DNA of 53,545 nucleotides, taken from contig JAJTCL010000002.1 of assembly GCA_021323255.1 (NCBI GenBank), positions 1-53,545 on the forward strand, given 5' to 3'. Positions 28,710-38,123 of this stretch are shown one piece after another (the stretch's first letter is position 1; the number at the start of each line of letters is the position of its first letter). Source of the DNA: Propionibacteriaceae bacterium (GTDB lineage Bacteria > Actinomycetota > Actinomycetes > Propionibacteriales > Propionibacteriaceae). A program made the translations under genes and the position numbers. The notes beneath the pieces were generated by a model. The model did not search any database. It saw only the letters and a program-made list of their open reading frames with translations, and had not been told where the DNA came from.

Positions 28710-28897
28710 CGCCGCACCCTCGCCGTCGGATGATCATCGATGATGACATCCGAGCCGCCACGACACCAAGTGGCAACTGCATCGGCCGTGCAAAACCCGC
28801 TGCTTGATGGTTGCCCTCGGCTCCCGAGGCACGGTTGCTGATCCCCGGTCACAGGTGGCGCCGACGGAGCAGGATCAGCACCTTCTACGCTGTGCCC

Positions 28898-30622
28898 ATG
28901 TCTCTGCGCTCTGGGGTTGGACCAGTTCCGGACGAGCAGTCCAGGCCGAGCATCCGCGAGGTCGATGTCATCGCGGATCGCTACGTCGATGAGTGCGTCA
29001 CCCGCTATCCCGAGATCGCAACATTCCTTGGGATTCCCGATCATGACGACACCTGGGGCGACTACTCGCCCGGCGGTCTTGCTGACCGGGTCGCGCACAT
29101 CCGCAGCACCATCGCAGCGCTGCACGCCGCCCCGCCCTGCGACGAGCGTGAGAACACTGCGAAGGAAGCCATGCTGGAGCGGCTTGGCCTAGAGGTGGAG
29201 TTGTACGACGCCCACATCACGGCCTCCCGGGTGAGCGTGATCGGCGGCCAAGCACAAGAAATCCGGTCCATCTTCGACTTGATGCCGACCGACTCCGAGG
29301 ATGCCTGGCACAACATAGCCGCCCGGCTTCGCTCAGTCCATCAGCCGCTCGATCAGGTCCGCGAAACCTTGAGCGCTGAGGCTCGCGAGGGAAACATCTC
29401 AGCGGTCCGGCAGATCAACGCGACGATTGAGCAGATCCGGTCCTGGACCGGTGAGACGGGCGATGACGATTTCTTTGCGGGGTTGATCGCCCGGGCTCCG
29501 GAGCACGATGCACAGTTGCTATCCGATCTCAGCGGTGCCGCCGACGAGGCGCGACAAGCGTTTTCCGCCTTCGCAGACTGGCTCGGCACCTCATTGGCAC
29601 CCCTTGCACCGAGTCTGGATGCGGTCGGCGAGGAGAGGTACGCGCTGGACTCACGTTATTTCCTCGGGGCGGTCATCGACCTCGAAGAGGCCTATCAGTG
29701 GGGATTCGAGGAATTGCATCGAATCCAGGAAGCCCAACGCGCCATCGCGAGAGACCTGGTGGCTGAGCCGGACATCAAGGCGGCGTACGCGGCGCTTGAT
29801 GCGGACCCGGCCCGCCGCATCGAGGGTGCCGAGGCATTCCGCACCTGGATGCAAAACCTTGCTGACGAAGCCGTGGCCAACCTGGCGGGCAAGCACTTCG
29901 ACATCCCGGATCCCATCAAGAGAATCGAATGTTGTATCGCTCCGACTCACGACGGTTCCATCTACTACACCGACCCAGCCGAGGACTTCTCCCGACCAGG
30001 GCAGATGTGGTGGGCGGTGCCGGAGGGGATCGACACCTTCTCCACCTGGAAGGAAGTCACGACCGTCTACCACGAGGGCGTACCCGGTCATCACCTGCAG
30101 GTCGCGCAGAATGCGTACCGGTCGGAGCTGCTGAATCGGTGGCAGCGCAAGCTCTTCTTCTGCTCGGGCCATGGCGAGGGCTGGGCCCTTTACGCCGAAC
30201 GGCTGATGGATGACCTTGGATACCTGGAGCCCGGCGACCGGATGGGAATGCTGGATGCCCAAGCCTTCCGTACCATCCGGGTGATCATCGACATCGGCAT
30301 GCATCTGCAGCTGCAGATTCCCAAGATCAATGCGTGGCGCTTCAGGCCTGGAGAACGTTGGACTCCAGCCGCCGGGTTCGAGTTCATGAAGGACAACTGC
30401 TCGGCCGACGAGCCGACACTGCGGTTCGAACTCAACCGGTATCTCGGCTGGCCGGGCCAGGCGCCGTCCTACAAGGTCGGTGAGCGGATCTGGTTGGAGG
30501 CTCGCGAGGACGCCCGCCGGCGCAGCGGCGCCGACTTCGACCTCAGCAAGTTCCACTCCGATGCCTTGAATCTTGGGCCGATGGGACTAGACCCGCTCCG
30601 TGCCGCCCTTGCTCGGATTTGA
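28898..30622 (+). CDS. DUF885 family putative metallopeptidase
   Basis: YHEGVPGHHLQ, EGWALYAE, RYLGWPGQAPSYKVG. Start chosen after a TACGCT -10-like box. Confidence 0.88.
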   Translation: MSLRSGVGPVPDEQSRPSIREVDVIADRYVDECVTRYPEIATFLGIPDHDDTWGDYSPGGLADRVAHIRSTIAALHAAPPCDERENTAKEAMLERLGLEVELYDAHITASRVSVIGGQAQEIRSIFDLMPTDSEDAWHNIAARLRSVHQPLDQVRETLSAEAREGNISAVRQINATIEQIRSWTGETGDDDFFAGLIARAPEHDAQLLSDLSGAADEARQAFSAFADWLGTSLAPLAPSLDAVGEERYALDSRYFLGAVIDLEEAYQWGFEELHRIQEAQRAIARDLVAEPDIKAAYAALDADPARRIEGAEAFRTWMQNLADEAVANLAGKHFDIPDPIKRIECCIAPTHDGSIYYTDPAEDFSRPGQMWWAVPEGIDTFSTWKEVTTVYHEGVPGHHLQVAQNAYRSELLNRWQRKLFFCSGHGEGWALYAERLMDDLGYLEPGDRMGMLDAQAFRTIRVIIDIGMHLQLQIPKINAWRFRPGERWTPAAGFEFMKDNCSADEPTLRFELNRYLGWPGQAPSYKVGERIWLEAREDARRRSGADFDLSKFHSDALNLGPMGLDPLRAALARI

Positions 30623-30628
30623 CCACTG

Positions 30629-31246
30629 ATGGCTTCGCCGGTCCGGCTCGTTCTGGCGTCGGCATCCGATGCCCGGCTCAGGACGCTGCGCAATGCAGGG
30701 TTGGATCCTGAGGTCATCGTCTCGGGGGTTGACGAAGACACAGAGCCTGTCGACGGAGTGCCCGAGCTCACCATGCGACTCGCCAGGCTCAAGGCGGAGG
30801 CCGTCAGTGCCCGAATTGATCATGGATCCCAGGCGACGTTGGTGATTGGCTGCGATTCGCTTCTGGAGCTCGACGGTGTGCCCTACGGCAAGCCCAGAAC
30901 GCCGACTGAGGCCGTGCGACGCTGGCAACGGCTGCGCGGGCGCGCCGGCCAGTTGCACACCGGTCACCACGTGATCATGCAGCGCGGTGCGGATACCACC
31001 CTTCGCACCGCTGTGGCGTCCACAATGGTGTACTTCGCCGAGATCACTGATCACGAGATCGAGGCCTATGTCGCCAGCCTGGAGCCTCTGCAGGTCGCAG
31101 GCGGCTTCACCATCGATGGTCTGGGCGGGCCATTTGTCACCGGAATCGAGGGTGATCACCACAACGTAGTTGGGCTCAGCCTGCCGCTGCTCCGCACCAT
31201 GCTGAACGAGCTCGGCATCTCGTGGCCGAGCCTGTGGCAAGTTTGA
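30629..31246 (+). CDS. maf: Maf nucleoside triphosphate pyrophosphatase
   Basis: LVLASAS.AR, KAEAV, GCDS, GKP, NVVGLSLP. Confidence 0.93.
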   Translation: MASPVRLVLASASDARLRTLRNAGLDPEVIVSGVDEDTEPVDGVPELTMRLARLKAEAVSARIDHGSQATLVIGCDSLLELDGVPYGKPRTPTEAVRRWQRLRGRAGQLHTGHHVIMQRGADTTLRTAVASTMVYFAEITDHEIEAYVASLEPLQVAGGFTIDGLGGPFVTGIEGDHHNVVGLSLPLLRTMLNELGISWPSLWQV

Positions 31247-31355
31247 TGGCTCGGCTCGCTTTCAGCTCGCTCCGCGCGGAGCGTGCTTTGTAGCCGCCTA
31301 TCCGCACGGTCATTGCTGAAGGGTTGCTGAAGGACCGGCACCGTTCGCCTGGGCC

Positions 31356-31549
31356 AACACTGAATCGGTAACCGTGAAGAGCAACGACGGCTTCGTCGAG
31401 AGCTACCTGCTGAGCGACGACACGACGATGCGCGAGGACAGGGATGACGCAGCGCTGTTGACATCGACGCCTCGGACCGGGTCCTGGTGGTTGCCACGAA
31501 AGACGGCTCGACTCTGAACGCTCGCCGGGTGGTCGTAGCTGACAACTGA
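31356..31549 (+). pseudogene. Frameshifted C-terminal fragment of a beta-rich (DUF5666-like) protein
   Basis: ESVTVKSNDGFVESYLLSDDTTMRE.. / DIDASDRVLVVATKDGSTLNARRVVVADN*. No start codon found. Confidence 0.5.
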
Positions 31550-31561
31550 TCCGGGCTTCAG

Positions 31562-32648
31562 TTACAGACCCGCTACGGTAAGCACGATCAAGATCAAATT
31601 CAGTGCCGTGACAATGCCGATCACCAACCAGGTGACACCAATGGTGGCTCGTCTGGTGGGCACCAGGTGCATCAGATCCGGATCTGAGGCGATTCGAACC
31701 AGCGGAACCAGCGCAAAGGGAATCCCGAACGATCAGCACTCGGCGCCAGAGAATCGGTATTCGCCGGTGCAACAGGCCGTCCATGATCACAGCGCCGGCG
31801 TAGCCGCCTACCGAGGTGGAAGCCAGGCCCGAGGCGAGCAGGGCCAACGCAAACAGCCCGGCGATCAGGGGGCCCAACTCAGCTCCGAGGGCGCTATGGG
31901 CGGCCTGCAATCCCTCCACATTCAGACCGCTCAGCGTGCTCGCAGCGAGCAACAGCATGCCAACGTTGACGGTTCCCGCCACTAGCATCGCCAGACCGAC
32001 GTCCAGCCGGATGGTCTTGAGCATCGGTACGGCGCAGTCGGGGTCGGCACGTCCGTGCCGGTCACGGATCAAGGCGGAATGCAGGTAGATGGCGTGCGGC
32101 ATGACCGTTGCGCCGAGCATGCCGACTGCGAGGACTGCACTCTCGGTGCCGCTGAGTGCCGGCACCAGCCCAGCAAGAGCCTGGCCGGGGTCCGGGGGTG
32201 AGGCGACCAGGCCCGCGAGAAAACCGACGGTAACCACGGCCAGCATGCCGGTGATGACTCGCTCGAAAGTCTGCTGGCTCCTGGTGTTCTGCAAGAACAG
32301 CAATCCGGTCGACACCACGGTGGTGATGAGCGCCCCGGTCACCAGCGGCAGCCCGAAGAGCAAGTTGAGCGCGACCGCGCCACCCACAATCTCTGCCAGA
32401 TCGGTTGCCATGGCAACCAGCTCAGCCTGGATCCAGTAACAGATCCGCGGCAACGTGGAATTGCGGCGAGCCACGAGCGCCGGCAATGTCTCCCCGGTCA
32501 GCCAACCCACCTTGGCCGACAGATACTGCACCAGACCAGCCATCAGGGTTGCCCCGACGCCGGGATCGACGTACGCAACGGCTGCGACGAAGGCCGGACC
32601 CAGCAGCCGGGTGCGCTGCAGCAGCGCCTCTCTCTGCAACAACGTCAA
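31562..32648 (-). pseudogene. mntH: Nramp/MntH Mn2+ transporter with two internal deletions
   Basis: YVDPG joined directly to VGATLMA (DPGN motif broken). ATDLAE and VMPH intact. A second junction near 31733 shifts frame to SFGIPFALVPL...AGL*. Confidence 0.8.
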
Positions 32649-32727
32649 CTCATGTGTCCTGACCTGATTGCCGACCCTGCCCCGAGGAGGCTATCGGCGA
32701 CACCCTCAGGGCTGGAACCCAACGGTG

Positions 32728-33147
32728 TCACAAGGGCCGCAGCAAGACCGCGGACGCCCGGTCATCGCCGGTAAAGCTGCCGCTCCATCCGTGACCGGTG
32801 AAGGTCATGGTGTTCGCCGCCGGACTGTCCGCGGTGATCATGAAACCGGCCTCCGGCAGCGCGCGGCGGAGGTAGGAACTCAGCTCCGCCGGCGACGGAG
32901 ACGAAACGACAGCCGTGACATTGTTGGGCTGATCGACCTTCGCCCTGAGCGCGGCGGTACGCGGCAGTGAGAACTGTCGAACCGGTCCGTTGAGGTAGCC
33001 AAGTGCGGCGAGGGTGATTCCGTCGGGGGGTATCGATGGCGGTCGAGCAGCTGAGACAGCCGGCGATGGCAGGTTGGAATCGCTCGAACTGCCGTTACTG
33101 CATCCCGCAAGCAGGCAACCAAGAAGCGCCACGACGACTGTCAGCAT
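32728..33147 (-). CDS. Putative lipoprotein
   Basis: Hydrophobic stretch plus LAGC lipobox. The longer N-terminus in the track is translated repeat. Confidence 0.7.
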   Translation of the reverse strand: MLTVVVALLGCLLAGCSNGSSSDSNLPSPAVSAARPPSIPPDGITLAALGYLNGPVRQFSLPRTAALRAKVDQPNNVTAVVSSPSPAELSSYLRRALPEAGFMITADSPAANTMTFTGHGWSGSFTGDDRASAVLLRPL

Positions 33148-33160
33148 GTGGCACCAGGTC

Positions 33161-33318
33161 TGCTGCTCGTGCATCGCGCATGGGATCCGCCGCCGTCGTC
33201 TCTCGCAGAGGAAAGAACGGCTCGCCCCGTGTCCATGGCTCGCTCCGCTCGGAGAGGTTGGCGCTCCGGCGCCAGCGTGCCCCCGCGCGGCGGCGCGCAA
33301 TTCCCCACGCTCGCAGCA
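33161..33318. repeat. Family A element, copy 3, with an internal insert (33229-33280)
   Basis: Ends TGCTGCTCGTGCATCGCGC..GCGCAATTCCCCACGCTCGCAGCA. Insert starts GTGTCCATGGCTCGCTCCGCTCG. Confidence 0.8.
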
Positions 33319-33406
33319 AGTCCCGATCCGCACGCGCTCCAAGGTAATGTGCTCCGGCTCACGGTCGCCGCAGCTGGAGGAAGGGGATCGCTAATGTAGC
33401 GTCTTG

Positions 33407-34306
33407 ATGTCTAAAACCACGGAGGTTGCTGTTCGCCGCAGCCGAGTCCCGGCAACCGTCCGCGCTGTGCGACCCCGCCAGTGGGTCAAGAACCTCCTCG
33501 TGCTGGCCGCTCCGTTGGCCGCTGGGCGACTCCTCGAGCCAGCTGTGATCAAAGGCACTGCGCTGGCCTTCGTCGCGTTCTGCCTGATCAGCGCAGCCGT
33601 CTACCTCGTCAACGATGTACGCGACGTCGCCGAGGACCGGCAACATCCCACAAAGCGCTTCCGGCCGATCGCTGCCGGCGAACTGAAACCTGCCACCGCC
33701 CTGGTGTTGGCAGCTGTGCTGGGAGCGTGCGGGCTGGCCCTCGGTTTCGTCGTCTCCACGCCGTTGGGGATCACCATGGTGGTCTATGTGGCTCTGCAGC
33801 TGCTGTACTCCGCGTACCTCAAACATCTTCCGGTAGTGGACTTGGCGATGGTGGCCAGCGCCTTCCTGTTGCGGGCGATCGCCGGAGGTGTCGCTACCGG
33901 CATCCCGCTGAGTCAGTGGTTCTTGCTGGTTGCTGCTTTTGGTTCGTTCTTCATGGTTGCCGGCAAACGGTATTCGGAGATGAAGGCGCTGGGTGGCGAG
34001 GCCGGTACCCGGCGCTCGCTGACCCGATACTCCGAGTCGTACCTCCGCTTCGCCTGGATGATGGCCGCGGTGATGGTACTCATCTCCTACAGCCTGTGGG
34101 CGTTCGAGAATCGCGGCAACGGAGCGCTCGGCGTCCCCTGGACCGCAATTTCGATTGCCCCCTTCACCCTGGCGCTGCTCCAGTACGCTCTCGAGGTCGA
34201 CGCCGGCACCGCGGACGAGCCGGAGGAGGTCGTCCTGAATGATCGTGTGCTGCAAGGACTCGGCGTGGTGTGGGTCGCAGTGATCTCCGCGGCGGTCTTC
34301 TTCTAA
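33407..34306 (+). CDS. Decaprenyl-phosphate phosphoribosyltransferase (UbiA family, Rv3806c-like)
   Basis: RPRQWVKN, YLVNDVRD..DRQHPTKRFRPIAAG, GKRYSE. Confidence 0.92.
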   Translation: MSKTTEVAVRRSRVPATVRAVRPRQWVKNLLVLAAPLAAGRLLEPAVIKGTALAFVAFCLISAAVYLVNDVRDVAEDRQHPTKRFRPIAAGELKPATALVLAAVLGACGLALGFVVSTPLGITMVVYVALQLLYSAYLKHLPVVDLAMVASAFLLRAIAGGVATGIPLSQWFLLVAAFGSFFMVAGKRYSEMKALGGEAGTRRSLTRYSESYLRFAWMMAAVMVLISYSLWAFENRGNGALGVPWTAISIAPFTLALLQYALEVDAGTADEPEEVVLNDRVLQGLGVVWVAVISAAVFF

Positions 34307-34326
34307 ACGAAAGAGCAGGTTGGCCA

Positions 34327-35772
34327 ATGAGCGACGAAGCCGTGCCGGCGATCAAGCCCTCCTTGCCCGAGGAGCAGCCGATGATTCCGCAGCCGCTGGT
34401 GGAGTTGCACGGCTGGGGTCGAGCAGCCGGAACGATGTCGCATCTGGCACAGATCGACTCGGTGGCCGACGCCGTGTCCGCGCTACGCAAGTCCGACAGC
34501 CGCGGGGTGGTGCCGAGGGGCCTCGGCCGCAGCTACGGCGACGCAGCCCAGAATGCCGGCGGCACTGCGCTGGATCTCACCAAGATGAACCGCATCCTCT
34601 CCTTGGACGCGTCGGGCGATCCGGCGACTGTGACGGTCCAGGCCGGGGTCAGCCTTGATTCGTTGATGCGCGCGCTGCTGCCCTTCGGGCTCTGGGTTCC
34701 GGTACTTCCTGGCACCCGACAGGTGACCGTCGGCGGCGCTATCGCCGCAGATGTGCACGGAAAGAATCATCACACCCAAGGCAGCTTCGGAAATCATGTG
34801 CGCGCCTTGGACCTGCTGATGGCAGACGGGGAAATGCGCACGCTGACCCCGGACGGCGACACCAGCACACTGTTCTGGGCAACAGTCGGCGGAATGGGTC
34901 TGACTGGCGCGATCCTGCGCGCCACCGTGGCACTCCAGCCCACTGAAACCGCCTACTTCACCGTCGACACCCATCGAGCCGCGAATATCGACGACCTGAT
35001 GCAGCAAATGTCACAAGGGGATGAGAACTACACCTACTCCGTTGCATGGTTCGATGCCGTGACCAGGGGCCGCCACATGGGTCGAGGGGTGCTCACTCGT
35101 GGGAACAAAGCCCAGCTCGCGGCGCTGCCGACCAAACTGAGGCGCGATCCTTTGAAGTTCGTGGCGCCGTCGCTGGGAACTCTCCCGGAGATCTTTCCCA
35201 ACCGAATGATCAACAAGGCAACGGCAAAAGCGTTTAGCACTGCGTGGTATCTCAAAGCACCGAAGGATCGCGTCGGTGAGCTGCAGAACATTACGCAGTT
35301 CTTTCATCCGTTGGACATGGTGGCCGAGTGGAACCGGGTCTACGGACCCAATGGGTTTCTGCAATATCAGTTCGTGGTGCCGTTCGAGGCCGCGGAGGTG
35401 TTTCGGCGCTGCCTGGAGATGATCGTCAGTTCCGGCCACCTGTCGTGTCTCAATGTGCTCAAGCGGTTCGGTCCCGGCAATCCCTCGCCACTGTCATTTC
35501 CGATGCCAGGGTGGACCTTGACTGTTGACTTGCCCATCGAGCACGGGCTGGACAAATTGTGCGACGCCCTTGACAACGAAGTCGTTGGGGCTGGTGGCCG
35601 GGTCTACCTTGCCAAGGACTCCCGACTCAGCGCCGCGATGTTCCGTCGGATGTATCCGCGATTGGACGACTTTCTGGAGGTGCGCCGCGAAGTGGATCCG
35701 ACCGGGATCTTCAACTCCGATCTTGCTCGCCGGCTCGAGCTGAGCAAGCCGACGACCGGAGGTACGACATGA
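34327..35772 (+). CDS. dprE1: Decaprenylphosphoryl-beta-D-ribose oxidase
   Basis: RGLGRSYGD.AQN, PGTRQVTVGGAIAADVHGKNHH, GFLQYQF, YLAKDSR. Confidence 0.9.
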   Translation: MSDEAVPAIKPSLPEEQPMIPQPLVELHGWGRAAGTMSHLAQIDSVADAVSALRKSDSRGVVPRGLGRSYGDAAQNAGGTALDLTKMNRILSLDASGDPATVTVQAGVSLDSLMRALLPFGLWVPVLPGTRQVTVGGAIAADVHGKNHHTQGSFGNHVRALDLLMADGEMRTLTPDGDTSTLFWATVGGMGLTGAILRATVALQPTETAYFTVDTHRAANIDDLMQQMSQGDENYTYSVAWFDAVTRGRHMGRGVLTRGNKAQLAALPTKLRRDPLKFVAPSLGTLPEIFPNRMINKATAKAFSTAWYLKAPKDRVGELQNITQFFHPLDMVAEWNRVYGPNGFLQYQFVVPFEAAEVFRRCLEMIVSSGHLSCLNVLKRFGPGNPSPLSFPMPGWTLTVDLPIEHGLDKLCDALDNEVVGAGGRVYLAKDSRLSAAMFRRMYPRLDDFLEVRREVDPTGIFNSDLARRLELSKPTTGGTT

Positions 35773-36521
35773 TCAATGCGTTAGGCGAACCGCAGTCGTT
35801 GCTGCTGCTCGGCGGCACCTCAGACATCGCCTTGGCCATAGCCCGACGTTATGCTCGCCCGGGGCTGCGCGTGGCGCTCGCCGCGCGGCCGAGTGAACGT
35901 CGGAGCGCTGCCGCGACCGAGCTCGCCGACCTCGGCTGCGAGGTCACTGAAGTCGATCTTGAGGCTCGTGATCATGCATCCCACGCTACGACCGTCGAGC
36001 AGGCTTTCGCCGGCGGCGACATCGACATCGCTGTAATCGCCTTCGGCCTGCTCGGTGACCCGGAGCAGGCATGGCACGACCCCGACCTGGCCCTCGAGCT
36101 TGCCGAGGTCAACTACACCGCGCCGGTACACCTCGGGGTGCTGCTGGGTCAGCGCATGCTGGCCCAGGCGCACGGCTGGATTGTGGCGCTGTCCAGCGTG
36201 GCGGGTGAGCGGGTACGCCGCTCGAACTTCGTTTACGGCTCAACAAAGGCCGGCCTCGACGGCTTCTTCCTAGGTCTGGGTGAAGCGCTACGCGAGTACG
36301 GCGCGCGCGTGCTTGTCGTCCGGCCAGGTTTCGTCAAATCGAAGATGACCTCAGGGCTCGAAGAAGTACCCCTTGCGGTGACGCCGGACCAGGTAGCAGA
36401 GGCGGTCACCGACGCCATCAAAAGCAAACGGGAGCTCATCTGGGTGCCCGGACCACTGCGCGTCGTGATGTCGGGCCTGCGACACGTACCGCGACCACTC
36501 TTTCGCAAATTACCGATTTAG
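35769..36521 (+). CDS. dprE2: Decaprenylphosphoryl-2-keto-D-ribose reductase
   Basis: MINALGEPQSLLLLGGTSDI, SSVAGERVRRSNFVYGSTKAGLDGF. Confidence 0.92.
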   Translation: MINALGEPQSLLLLGGTSDIALAIARRYARPGLRVALAARPSERRSAAATELADLGCEVTEVDLEARDHASHATTVEQAFAGGDIDIAVIAFGLLGDPEQAWHDPDLALELAEVNYTAPVHLGVLLGQRMLAQAHGWIVALSSVAGERVRRSNFVYGSTKAGLDGFFLGLGEALREYGARVLVVRPGFVKSKMTSGLEEVPLAVTPDQVAEAVTDAIKSKRELIWVPGPLRVVMSGLRHVPRPLFRKLPI

Positions 36522-36602
36522 CGACCGTGTCGGCACTTGGATGCTGAGGCGTACTCGTATCGCGAGCTGCGTCTGTTGGAAACGCACGTGCTTTGCTGAG
36601 CC

Positions 36603-38117
36603 TTATACCGGCGGTATGCCGTGCCGCCGGGTGGAGAAGTGACGGTCCTTGGTAGCGGCTGCGGCGAAGCGGGCGACCAATTCGCGGCGTACCTCGCGCG
36701 GCTCCACGATCGCATCGACGACCAGCTCGCTGGCCAGCCGCAGGATGTCGATGTCGATCTCGTAATCCTTCCGCAGCCGCTCGACGTAGCTGATCCGCTC
36801 AGCCTCGTCCTTGATCTCGGCGATCTTGTTCGCATAAACAGCATTGATCGCCGCCTCAGGACCCATCACAGCGATCTTGGCGGTCGGCAAGGCCAAGCAG
36901 GCATCGGGGCCGAACCCCGGGCCAGCCATGGCATAAAGTCCAGCGCCGTAGGCCTTCCGGATGATCAACGAGACAGTCGGCACGGTGGCCTCCGCTACTG
37001 CGGTGATCATCTTCGCACCGTGCCGGATGATCCCTTGCCGCTCCACAGCGCTGCCGATCATGAATCCGGGCACGTCTGCCAAGTACAGCAGGGGGATGCT
37101 GAACGCGTCGCAGTGCCAGATGAAGCGCGCGCCCTTATCGGCGGAGTCGACGAACAGTACTCCGCCCTTGACGGCCGGCTGGTTGGCCACGATGCCGATC
37201 ACTTCCCCCTCCAGCAGCGCGAAGCCCGTCACCAGCTCAGGAGCAAACAGCGGCTTGATCTCAAAAAAGGAACCTTCGTCCACGATCGCTTCGACGATCC
37301 TGCGGATGTCGTAGCCAGCAGACTCCTGTGACGGTACAAGATCATCGGCGAAGTCTCGGGCCGGATCCAGCGGGTCGTAGGCCGGCAGCGGGCTGCGCCA
37401 GTTCAGCGGCAGGTAAGAGAAATAGTGCTGGGCCTGCTCGATCGCCTCGGTATCGTCGGCGGCCAACTGGTCCCCGCATCCGGAGATCGTTGCGTGCATC
37501 CGGGCGCCGCCCATCTCCTCGAGTGTGACTTTCTCCCCCACCACCATCTCGGCCATCCGCGGCGACCCCAGGTACATCGAGGCATTCGCCTCGACCATGA
37601 TCACGACGTCGCAGAAAGACGGAATGTAGGCTCCGCCGGCTGCGCTCGGGCCGAAGAGGCAGCAGATCTGGGGAACCTTGCCGGACAATGCGACCTGGTT
37701 GTGGAAGATCCGGCCCGCACCCCTTCGGCCAGGAAACAGGGCAACCTGATCGGTGATCCGCGCACCTGCCGAATCGATGAACCAGAAGATCGGTAGCTCG
37801 TCTCGCAGCGCCACCTCGGTCATCCGGATGATCTTCTCTACCGTCCGGGCGCCCCAGGAGCCGGCCTTGACGCCTGGATCATTGGCGACCACCAGGGCCG
37901 GCCGCCCTTGAACCAGACCACGGCCGGTGACGACGCCGTCGGCCGGCAGGTCGTCGGCCAGTGCGTTGCCGAGCTGGCCGTCCTCAACAAAGGTGCAGTC
38001 GTCGAACAGCAGATCGATCCGCTCACGCACGAAGAGCTTGTTCGCGCTGGCCAGCTTGGCCTCCGCCCGTTCCGTCGGAGCCAGCGTACGGTCACGCGCG
38101 GCGCTGATTCGATCCAT
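36603..38117 (-). CDS. Acyl-CoA carboxylase beta subunit (methylcrotonyl-CoA carboxylase-like)
   Basis: DSAGARI, AAGGAY, ADVPGFMIG, RKAYGAG. Confidence 0.9.
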   Translation of the reverse strand: MDRISAARDRTLAPTERAEAKLASANKLFVRERIDLLFDDCTFVEDGQLGNALADDLPADGVVTGRGLVQGRPALVVANDPGVKAGSWGARTVEKIIRMTEVALRDELPIFWFIDSAGARITDQVALFPGRRGAGRIFHNQVALSGKVPQICCLFGPSAAGGAYIPSFCDVVIMVEANASMYLGSPRMAEMVVGEKVTLEEMGGARMHATISGCGDQLAADDTEAIEQAQHYFSYLPLNWRSPLPAYDPLDPARDFADDLVPSQESAGYDIRRIVEAIVDEGSFFEIKPLFAPELVTGFALLEGEVIGIVANQPAVKGGVLFVDSADKGARFIWHCDAFSIPLLYLADVPGFMIGSAVERQGIIRHGAKMITAVAEATVPTVSLIIRKAYGAGLYAMAGPGFGPDACLALPTAKIAVMGPEAAINAVYANKIAEIKDEAERISYVERLRKDYEIDIDILRLASELVVDAIVEPREVRRELVARFAAAATKDRHFSTRRHGIPPV

Positions 38118-38123
38118 GATCGA

